Below are positions 54,500 through 62,251 of a DNA stretch of 64,000 bases, in pieces; position 1 is the first letter of the stretch, and each line of letters opens with the position of its first letter. The position numbers and the translations under genes were made by a program. The notes under the pieces are model-generated. The model was not told where the DNA came from and searched no databases. It was given only the letters and a program-made list of their open reading frames with translations. Source of the stretch: an uncultured Acidobacteriaceae bacterium (GTDB lineage: Bacteria; Acidobacteriota; Terriglobia; Terriglobales; Acidobacteriaceae); assembly GCA_963796615.1 (NCBI GenBank), contig CAWCMJ010000019.1, positions 194,486 to 258,485 of the forward strand, in the 5' to 3' direction.

Positions 54500-57250
54500 A
54501 TGAAAACGATTGAGGAACTCTTTCAGCATGCTTTGGACCTCCCGGCGTCGGAGCGAGAGGTCTTTCTGGCACGGGAATGTGCCGGAGACGAGCCTCTGAA
54601 GGGGGCGGTGCTGCGACTGCTGGCCAGCGACGAACTGGCGGAGCAGCAGCCGTTTTGGCAGGGCTCCGCCCTGAAGGCGGAGGCAATGTTCGATTCGCCC
54701 GGTGGGGCCTTGCGCGTCGGGCAGGTGCTGGGCGACTACCGCATCGTCGGTGTGATCGGCGAGGGCGGCATGGGCACCGTGTACCGGGCGGTTCGGGCCG
54801 ACGCGGAGTACGAGCAGGCAGTCGCCATCAAGATCGTACGCGGCGGCTTCGATTCGGCGGCGCTGGCGGAGCGCTTCCGTCAGGAACGCCAGATCCTCGC
54901 CAACCTGAGCCATCCCAACATCGCGCGCCTGCTCGACGGCGGCTCCACCGCCGATGGACTTCCCTACCTGGTCATGGAGTTCATCGCGGGACAGCCGCTC
55001 ACGGCCTACTGCAACCAGCACCAACTGGGCATCGCGGATCGCTTGCGTCTGTTCCGCCAGGCGTGCGGCGCGGTCGAGTACGCCCACCAGCGGCTGGTGA
55101 TTCACCGCGACCTGAAGCCGGGGAACATCCTGGTGAACGAAGCCGGCGCGGTCAAGCTGCTCGACTTCGGCGTGGCCAAACTGGTGGCGCCAAACGCAGA
55201 GTCCCAGCAGACGATCGGGATGCACTGGCTGACGCCCGCCTATGCCAGCCCCGAACAGTTAAACGGCGAAGCGATGACCACGGCGTCGGATGTCTATTCG
55301 CTGGGCGTGATTTTGTACGAGTTGCTGTGCGGACATTCGCCGTACCGGGAGAAACTGGCGACCCTCGCCGAGGCAATGCGCACGGTACGGGAGGAAGTAC
55401 CGCTTCCGCCAAGTGAAACAGCGCAGCGCGAGGGCGCCGGGAAAGCGTTGGCCCGGAAATTGAAGGGCGACCTGGACCGGATTGTCCTGAAGGCTCTGCG
55501 CAAGGAGCCCTCCCGGCGCTACGGCTCAGTGGAGCAGCTCTCGGATGACCTCCGCTGCTACCTCGATGGCCTGCCGGTCAGCGCGCAGGGCGATGCGCTC
55601 AGCTACCGCACTGGCAAATTCGTACGGCGCAACGCCATACCGGTCGCCGCAGTAGCAGCGGTGTTCGTAACGCTGGTGGTTGGCATCGTGATGACGATGC
55701 GGGCGGAAGCACGGGCGCGAAGGCAGTTCAACGACGTGCGGCGGTTGGCGCACACCGTGCTGTTCGACTACCACGACGCCATTGCGGACTTGCCGGGTTC
55801 GACGCCGGTGCGGCAGAAGCTGGTGAATGACGCCTTGACGTACCTGAACCGCCTGTCGGAACAGCAGCAGGATGAGGACCTGGAACGCGAAATCGCATTG
55901 GCGTACGTGAAGGTCGCCGATGTGCAGGGCAACACCTACAACTCAGATCTCGGCGACACCGCGGGAGCGATGGTCAGCGCACGCAAGGCCGTGGCCCACG
56001 CCGAGCCGCTTTACAAGAAAACCACCAGCGCAGAGAACGCCTACGTGCTGGGCCGCGCCTACCTGGTGCTGGCCATCGTGATCCATACCTCGGACCAGAT
56101 CGCCGGCGCCGAGCCCTACTACCAGCGCGCGGCGGAGATGTTCCGCAAGGCGGTGCGGACGCAGCCATCGAACGTCGAATGGCAAATGCGGCTGAGTGAG
56201 ACATACGACCATCTCGGCGATCTATATGGAGCGGAGGGCTTCAGCAACCTGGGGCGCTCGAAGGACGCACTGGCCGCTTACCAGCAGACGCTCGCAATCG
56301 ACAACCAATTGCTGAAGCAAAACCCTGGCTCGCACGATATCCGGCAGGAGCAGGCGGCCGCGGTCATGGACATTGGCGAGGCAGAACACCGGTTGGGTCA
56401 CGCGGCTGCGGCTGAGGCGCAATATCGCAACTCGATTGCGCGTTTTGAGGACCTGCTAGCGGGGCCTTCCGCCACCCCCAGCGACCGGCAGGATCTCGCT
56501 GTGGCCAATTACAATCTGGCCAACCAACTGCGGGATAACGACAATCCGCAGGAAGCGCTGGTGTACATGCTACAGGCGCGCGACCTGGTGCACACGATCT
56601 CGGCGGCCGATCCGAAAAATACGCTCTACCAGCGGAGCCTGGCAGCTCGGGAGTTGGGCCTGTGTGACCTGTATCGCCGCACGGGTGACGTGGCTGCGGC
56701 CATGCCCCTGTGTCGCAAAGCGCTGGCCGCGTTCGAGAAGCTCAGTGCTGGTGATCCCAAGAGCGGAGAACTGCGCGCCGACGTTGCCAACGCCAACCGC
56801 CTGCTCGGCGACGCGCAACTGGCTGCGGCAGATCCCTCGGCTGCTCTGGCTCAACAGCGGCGCGCGCTTTCCCTGTTGGACGCTATGCCGGAGATGGACC
56901 GGGATGAGAATTTGCAGTTGTATGCGCTTCAGGCGAGCGTTACGGCGGGCGAGGCGGAGCTGAAGCTTGGCCACCGGCAGGAGGCCATCGCCGACTTTCA
57001 AACGGCCGCGTCACTCGGCGACACGCTGGTCAGCCACGATCCCGATGAGGCTTACGACCGACTCGAACGAGTGCGGGCAAAAACGCTAGTCGCTCAGACG
57101 CTGGCCGCCAACGGACAATGCCGCGAGGCGAAGCCAATGCTGCAGCCCGCTATTGCCGAGTGGGACGCGCTGCACGAAATGGGGATTGTGCCTCCAAAGG
57201 ACATCGGAGAAGCGGAAAAGCTGAAGACCATCGACAGCAAGTGCCGGTAG
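54500..57250 (+). CDS. Ser/Thr protein kinase with a TM segment and C-terminal TPR-like repeats (916 aa)
   Basis: GEGGMGTVYRA, AIKIV, HRDLKPGNILV, DFG, and the APE-like ASPEQ. TM helix AIPVAAVAAVFVTLVVGIVM, then a long helical repeat region. ATG at 54500, 18 nt after the sigma factor stop. Confidence 0.9.
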   Translation: MKTIEELFQHALDLPASEREVFLARECAGDEPLKGAVLRLLASDELAEQQPFWQGSALKAEAMFDSPGGALRVGQVLGDYRIVGVIGEGGMGTVYRAVRADAEYEQAVAIKIVRGGFDSAALAERFRQERQILANLSHPNIARLLDGGSTADGLPYLVMEFIAGQPLTAYCNQHQLGIADRLRLFRQACGAVEYAHQRLVIHRDLKPGNILVNEAGAVKLLDFGVAKLVAPNAESQQTIGMHWLTPAYASPEQLNGEAMTTASDVYSLGVILYELLCGHSPYREKLATLAEAMRTVREEVPLPPSETAQREGAGKALARKLKGDLDRIVLKALRKEPSRRYGSVEQLSDDLRCYLDGLPVSAQGDALSYRTGKFVRRNAIPVAAVAAVFVTLVVGIVMTMRAEARARRQFNDVRRLAHTVLFDYHDAIADLPGSTPVRQKLVNDALTYLNRLSEQQQDEDLEREIALAYVKVADVQGNTYNSDLGDTAGAMVSARKAVAHAEPLYKKTTSAENAYVLGRAYLVLAIVIHTSDQIAGAEPYYQRAAEMFRKAVRTQPSNVEWQMRLSETYDHLGDLYGAEGFSNLGRSKDALAAYQQTLAIDNQLLKQNPGSHDIRQEQAAAVMDIGEAEHRLGHAAAAEAQYRNSIARFEDLLAGPSATPSDRQDLAVANYNLANQLRDNDNPQEALVYMLQARDLVHTISAADPKNTLYQRSLAARELGLCDLYRRTGDVAAAMPLCRKALAAFEKLSAGDPKSGELRADVANANRLLGDAQLAAADPSAALAQQRRALSLLDAMPEMDRDENLQLYALQASVTAGEAELKLGHRQEAIADFQTAASLGDTLVSHDPDEAYDRLERVRAKTLVAQTLAANGQCREAKPMLQPAIAEWDALHEMGIVPPKDIGEAEKLKTIDSKCR

Positions 57251-57362
57251 AACACTCCTCGGGCGAAATACTTGAAGTCCGCTGCGGCGAGACAGCAGGT
57301 GTGGCGACGAGGATGGAATTCGGGGCCCGGTCCTCTCTCGCAGAGACAATTCTCGCTGCGCG

Positions 57363-59000
57363 CTACTGCTTCGCTGCCGGCGCCGGCTTTGGCAGCGGCT
57401 TGCGTGGAAGCATATTGTCGCGCATCGCGGCGTCGTACACATAGGCGGCAAGAATCACCGCTGCCTGCATCATGTCGTCGCGCTGGATGCGCTCGTACAC
57501 GTCCTGGTTGGAGTGGTGCGTGCGCGTCATGTATTCCACCGGGTCCTGGATGAACTGGAAGCCCGGGATTCCGACCGCGTCAAACGACTCGTGGTCGGTG
57601 CCGCCCGTGTTGCGGTCGGTGATGGTGCTCATGCCGAGGTCGCCGAAGGGCTGCATCCACGCGCTGAAGACGGGCGCCACGGCCTCGTTCTCCTGCAGGT
57701 AGATGCCGCGAATCTTGCCCGTGCCGTTATCGATATTGAAATACGCAGACACCTTCGCCTGCTCGGGCTTCAATTCGACCGGCGTGTCGTTCTTGCGCAG
57801 CCACTCTGGCAACGCAAGCTCCTTGGCATCGGTGGGCGGCTGGTGCGAGCCGAAGTGCGCCTTCACGTAAGCTGCCGAGCCCAGCAGTCCTTCCTCTTCG
57901 CCGCTCCACAGGCCGACGCGAATCGTGCGCCGCGGCTTCACGCCAATTGCTTTGAGGATGCGAACTGCCTCCATCACGATGGCGCTGCCGGCTCCGTTGT
58001 CGGTCGCACCGGTCCCCGCGTGCCACGAGTCCAGGTGCGCCCCCAGCATCACGATTTCGTCCTTCTTATCGCTGCCGGGAATTTCCGCAATGGTGTCGTA
58101 CGCATTTGGATCGGAATCGTAAAACGTGTTGCGGACCTCAACCTCCATCTCAACCGGAATGTTCTTCTCCAGCAGCCGCGTGATGCGTCCGTAGTTCTCG
58201 ATCGCCATCACCAGCGACGGCACCCCCGCCGGATTCCCCGGCTCATAGCTGGCTCCGCTCTGCACGAAAACCAGGCCGTTGTCGCCGGCGCGGCTGGGAT
58301 CGATGATGGCCGCAACCTTCTCGTCCATCAGGTACTGGTTGAGCGTCTTCTGGAACGCAATCCGCTGGGCGATTTCCTGCGGGCTGTAGCGCGGCTTCTC
58401 GCTGGGGATCGGGTACTGTGCGAGGTCGGCCAGGTCTTTGTCGTCATAGCGCCTCAGCGCGGGCTTGTCGCCCGGCTTGATCTCACGCATCTCGCCGTTC
58501 AGCACGATCTTGCCGGCCAGCTGTCCTTTGTATTTGTCGAGGTCGGCCTGGGTGGCGAGCTTGGCCTTGACCACCGGCGCGCGCAGCACGCCGTTCGTGC
58601 TCACGGTCCACGCCTTGGGATAGGCCAGCATCGGCGAGGCTTGCGGCTCCACCATCCGCACTTCGGTATATTCGTTCGTCCAGCCGCGCCCGAACGGGAA
58701 GCTCTCCAGGTGCGAGTTCACCAGGCCCCACTCCGTGAACTTGTCGCGCGTCCAATCGTTGGCGGCCTTCATGTTGGGCGACCCGGTCAGGCGCGGCCCG
58801 ATGACGTCGGTGAGCTGCTCCTCGATCTCCATCACCTTGGAATTGTGGAACCCCTCATTGCGGATCTCCGACATCACCTCCCAGTTCACGGTTTCGGTGT
58901 TCGGCACGGCCGGGGTGGCGGCCAGCAAGTCGGCTGGAACGGCGATGGCCAAAGCGAGAACGAACGCGGCGGAACGCAACAAGACTGACGGACGTGTCAT
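57363..59000 (-). CDS. M28 family metallopeptidase (aminopeptidase) with a PA domain
   Basis: LGAHLDSWHAGTGATDNGAGSAIVME, GLWSGEEEGLLGS, and GGTDHESF. Signal peptide MTRPSVLLRSAAFVLALAIAVPA. The ORF extends to 59066. Confidence 0.85.
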   Translation of the reverse strand: MTRPSVLLRSAAFVLALAIAVPADLLAATPAVPNTETVNWEVMSEIRNEGFHNSKVMEIEEQLTDVIGPRLTGSPNMKAANDWTRDKFTEWGLVNSHLESFPFGRGWTNEYTEVRMVEPQASPMLAYPKAWTVSTNGVLRAPVVKAKLATQADLDKYKGQLAGKIVLNGEMREIKPGDKPALRRYDDKDLADLAQYPIPSEKPRYSPQEIAQRIAFQKTLNQYLMDEKVAAIIDPSRAGDNGLVFVQSGASYEPGNPAGVPSLVMAIENYGRITRLLEKNIPVEMEVEVRNTFYDSDPNAYDTIAEIPGSDKKDEIVMLGAHLDSWHAGTGATDNGAGSAIVMEAVRILKAIGVKPRRTIRVGLWSGEEEGLLGSAAYVKAHFGSHQPPTDAKELALPEWLRKNDTPVELKPEQAKVSAYFNIDNGTGKIRGIYLQENEAVAPVFSAWMQPFGDLGMSTITDRNTGGTDHESFDAVGIPGFQFIQDPVEYMTRTHHSNQDVYERIQRDDMMQAAVILAAYVYDAAMRDNMLPRKPLPKPAPAAKQ

Positions 59001-59359
59001 GGTCGGTGCAAATCCTTCGGATCCGCGACAGTGCGCGCGGAGAGAGTTAATGAACGAGGATAACACTGCCGAAGTAAGTAGCTAGTAGCTGCTCGTGACA
59101 GTTCGAGCGCGAGCACTTTGGGACAGCGACGGCCTGCCCGATCAGCACGGCAATGCTCCGTTCCCAATATGGGCGTACCAGAATGGAACACAGTTCCAGG
59201 TTGGGAGCGACCAGCAAGAACCGAATTTCGCTTTTTATTCGTAGCGCATTGATTCCTTTGGATTAGCGCCTTGCGCGTCGGAATACCCGTAAATGGTTAG
59301 CGGCGTGCAACTAAGGAAATCGTAAGCGCAAACAAAAAGCGAAGCGGAGACGCCAAACC

Positions 59360-59839
59360 ATGAACGGGATATCGCAGAACGGCGGAATGCGAAACGGTAC
59401 CCACGGATTTCCCTGCACCCAGGCAATGCCCGCGACCATCCTGCTGGTGGAAGACGAGCCCGCGGTGCGCATGGTGACGCGCGAAGCGCTGGAGCTCGGC
59501 GGCTACCGCGTGCTCGAGGCCGACGGACCGGCTGCCGCGATGCACCTCGCTGCCGACCCCGCGATCGCCATCGATCTCCTCCTCACCGACATGATCATGC
59601 CCGGCATGAATGGGGCGGATCTGGCCCGCCGGGTGCGCGAAGTACGTCCCGGCTTGGTCACGCTGTTCATGTCCGGCTACGCCGAGAGTGATGCTTTGCG
59701 GCTGGCGACGTTGGAGGTCAAGCACAAACACATTCAGAAGCCGTTCTCCGTCGCCGGGCTGCTGGCGCGCGTGGCCGATGCCCTGGCGGCGCACTGGAAC
59801 GGCGAAGATCGGCAGGCTCCGCAGTACCCCGCTCCTTAA
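59360..59839 (+). CDS. Stand-alone response regulator receiver protein
   Basis: ILLVEDEPAVR..DLLLTDMIMPGMNG..FMSGY..KPF. The start may instead be ATG 59426. Confidence 0.85.
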   Translation: MNGISQNGGMRNGTHGFPCTQAMPATILLVEDEPAVRMVTREALELGGYRVLEADGPAAAMHLAADPAIAIDLLLTDMIMPGMNGADLARRVREVRPGLVTLFMSGYAESDALRLATLEVKHKHIQKPFSVAGLLARVADALAAHWNGEDRQAPQYPAP

Positions 59840-60057
59840 TCTCACCTCTGCGAGGCCTCGGAGTTTCAAACCGCCGTGATGGCAGCTGGAAACTCCGGGG
59901 CCGCCCGTCCCAATTGAGTGGACAGGCGTTCCTGGAAAGTCGGCCGATACCGTTAGCCACCCGTTGCCACCGTGCCACATTCGGCCTGCACTTTACCGCG
60001 TTCCGCCCATTGCAAGCCTCACGCTCTCCACGAACCCGCGACGCCTATAATGGAGGT

Positions 60058-60306
60058 ATGGCGAGAGGCTGGGAAAGTAAGTCGGTCGAAGCGCAGATGG
60101 AAGAGTCGGGTGCGGCCATGCCTGCGAAGAAAGAGTCCACCACCACACCCGAACAATTGCACCAACGACAAAAGCAGGCAGAGCTGAAGCTGTCGCGCAG
60201 CCGCGTAGCGCAAGAGTTGGAGGCCAGCACAAACGACCGCTATTCGCAGATGCTGCGGCGGGCGCTCGCGGAACTGGAAACGCAGATCACCAAACTGCCC
60301 GATTGA
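60058..60306 (+). CDS. Small conserved-looking hypothetical protein (82 aa, MARGWESKSVE.. N-terminus)
   Basis: GGAGG lies 2-6 nt upstream. Charged coiled-coil-like sequence. The longer ORF from 59914 has an implausible N-terminus. Confidence 0.55.
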   Translation: MARGWESKSVEAQMEESGAAMPAKKESTTTPEQLHQRQKQAELKLSRSRVAQELEASTNDRYSQMLRRALAELETQITKLPD

Positions 60307-60446
60307 CCTCGTGGCAATCCGGGCTGGCGCCGGCGCCTTTGGCGCAGGCTGCTTCGCCACGCGCGGGTTCGTCCCTCACATCGCGCGGTGATTGCAGTCA
60401 CAGCGTGGCGGGCAGCGCCGTTCCAGAATGGGCGCAGAGGTGAGGT

Positions 60447-60593
60447 ATGCCGGTTCTCATCATTGCCGTAGTTTTCTTCCTGATCTTCATCGTCATGGGC
60501 GTGATCCTGTTCCGCGCCATGGCCACCGAGCACAAGGGACACCTGTTCAGCTGGCGTTGGTCTGACCGCCCGAAAGCAGCGAAGGCCAAGTAA
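60447..60593 (+). CDS. Possible 48-aa single-TM micro-protein
   Basis: AGAGGTGAGG precedes the ATG. MPVLIIAVVFFLIFIVMGVILFRAMATEHKGHLFSWRWSDRPKAAKAK. Below the ORF-track size cutoff. Confidence 0.35.
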   Translation: MPVLIIAVVFFLIFIVMGVILFRAMATEHKGHLFSWRWSDRPKAAKAK

Positions 60594-60627
60594 AGTCCCG
60601 TCGCCTTCCCCACGCGCACGTTCATAG

Positions 60628-61564
60628 TCATTCCGAACCACCTCTCTGCTCCGAGGTGCTGCGACGGCGCTCGAGAAACGACTCGAGCGCGTCGGGCGTG
60701 CGCGGCCAATCCTCGCGCAAAAGCCGCGACAGCGCCCGGTCCGCGAGCAGCTTCCCGCCGGTCTGGCAGTGCGGACAGTAGTTGGCTTCGTTGCTGGCAT
60801 AACGGATCCGCTGCACCGCATGGCCGCAACGCGGGCAGGGTTGCTTGTACCTTCCATGCACCGCCATCGACTCACGAAAGGCCGTGACCTTCTCCGGAAA
60901 CTTCCCGGCGGCTTCTGCGCGCAGGCGTTCCGTCCACCGTGTCAGCGTCTCGCGTACGGCTTGATAGAGGCGCTCGGCCTCCTCGTCCGACAGCTTCTGG
61001 CTCAACTGCATCGGAGAAAGCCTGGCCGCGAAAAGTATCTCGTCCGAGTAGGCGTTTCCGATGCCGCTAAATAGGCGGGGATCGGTGAGTGCCCGCTTCA
61101 GCGTATGGTTCTCCGCCCGCAGCGCAAGTTGGAATTGCCCAAGGTCCGATTCCAGCACTTCGATGCCTCCAGGATCCAGAGCGCGCAAGTTATCGCGGCC
61201 GGCGACAACATGCAGCGAAGCCCGTTTCTGCGAACTCGCTTCGGTCAAGAGCAGCGAGCCGTGGTGGAAATCGAAGGCGGCCAGACCGCGAGGACGAGCG
61301 ACTTTCACGCCGCGCTCGCGCCAATGCAGCCGTCCGGCGATCATCAGTTGCAGCACCAGCCACAGATCGCCTTCGACGCCGATGCAGATCCGCTTGCCCA
61401 TGCGGCGAAGCTCAACCACTTTCTTGCCCTCAACCTCCGCCAGCGGCGGGACAGCCGTTCGTAGCAGCGACGGACCGACAATGCGAACCCGCTCCAGCTC
61501 TGAAGCCCACGATGCGCGTCTGCAACGCCTCGATATAAACCACGATGTCGGGCAATTCGGGCAT
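60628..61564 (-). pseudogene. Fpg/Nei family DNA glycosylase (formamidopyrimidine/endonuclease VIII-like), one apparent frameshift near 61505
   Basis: The ATG at 61564 gives MPELPDIVVYIEALQTRIVG. The frame then changes and continues LERVRIVGPSLLRTAVPPLAEVEGKKVVELRRMGKRI..H2TH..C-terminal zinc finger CPRCGHAVQRIRYASNEANYCPHCQTGGK. Confidence 0.8.
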
Positions 61565-61589
61565 TGAACTGAGAGTAGTACAGACAGTG

Positions 61590-61775
61590 GCGACACGCAC
61601 AAGTTCCATTTTGGGAATTGGCCGTGGTTGGTACCCCCCTCCCCCTCCCTCCTGAAGTTCCTCGTTTTCATGGAGTTACGAAAAATTTCCGCGCAAATTC
61701 GTCTGCGCGTGGGACTTAGAGGCAAAGTCGTCTTAATAAAGGACTTAACTGGGGTCGAATATGCGTGGAAGAGGA
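61590..61775 (-). repeat. Dispersed noncoding repeat, copy B (inverted relative to copy A)
   Basis: The reverse complement aligns with 16575-16725 (see copy A). The C-rich tract CCCCCCTCCCCCTCCCTCC lies on the plus strand. Located immediately upstream of the Fpg/Nei start. Confidence 0.65.
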
Positions 61776-61954
61776 TGCCGACGGGGAGAGAGGCGAAAAA
61801 TGGAGAACCTGCAGAACCCGGCATGGGTCGAAGCTCCTGTTGAGGTGCGGGCTCGGCAGGCTGGCGACTCGTCGGGCGACAGCTCTCCCGCATCCTTCGA
61901 GGCCCAGAATAGGGCGGCCGGGGAGGGTTGCATAGGACGTGGATCACGGAGGAG

Positions 61955-61996
61955 TGTGATAAGGAAGTGGATAGTGGGTAGTGGATAGTGGATAGA
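61955..61996 (+). repeat. Heptad array GTGATAA GGAAGTG GATAGTG GGTAGTG GATAGTG GATAGAA
   Basis: Six consecutive 7-nt units with consensus GATAGTG. Intergenic. Confidence 0.7.
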
Positions 61997-62087
61997 AGCG
62001 CACCCTGAGTTGGCGAGCCGGGCGACGATTGGGCCGCCTTTTCGGATGCGGTACTAGTCGGAGAACCTGGATTGGGTTCCTCGACGC

Positions 62088-62116
62088 AAAACGCCGCTCC
62101 GCGGCTGGCGTTTTTT
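62088..62116 (+). terminator. Intrinsic terminator (GC stem plus T6), A-tract upstream so possibly bidirectional
   Basis: AAAA-CGCCGC-TCCGCG-GC(T)GGCG-TTTTTT. Confidence 0.7.
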
Positions 62117-62200
62117 CTGGCCGAGCTGCGCGGGCTCACGCCGACGCCTAAAAGCTCGTCGCGGCTGCCGCCGCTGAAGGCGGGAAGCGCAGTCGATCAT

Positions 62201-62234
62201 GAAAAGAGCCATCCGAAAAAATCAGCCCGGATGG
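62201..62234 (-). terminator. Intrinsic terminator downstream of the large PEP-CTERM gene
   Basis: On the minus strand: CCATCCG-GGCTGATTTTTT-CGGATGG followed by CTCTTTTC, 18 nt after the stop codon at 62252-62254. Confidence 0.6.
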
Positions 62235-62251
62235 ATACTCTTCCTCGATTC

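Noticed and set aside
57513-58988. 491-aa plus-strand ORF
   Set aside because: Antisense to the M28 peptidase gene. No motifs and Arg/Gly/Val/His-rich.
61565-62139. N-terminal extension of about 190 aa of the 503-aa ORF 60628..62139
   Set aside because: Fpg/Nei proteins start with MPELP.., which is found at 61564 in a neighbouring frame. The extension covers the noncoding repeat, the heptad array and a terminator, and has implausible composition.
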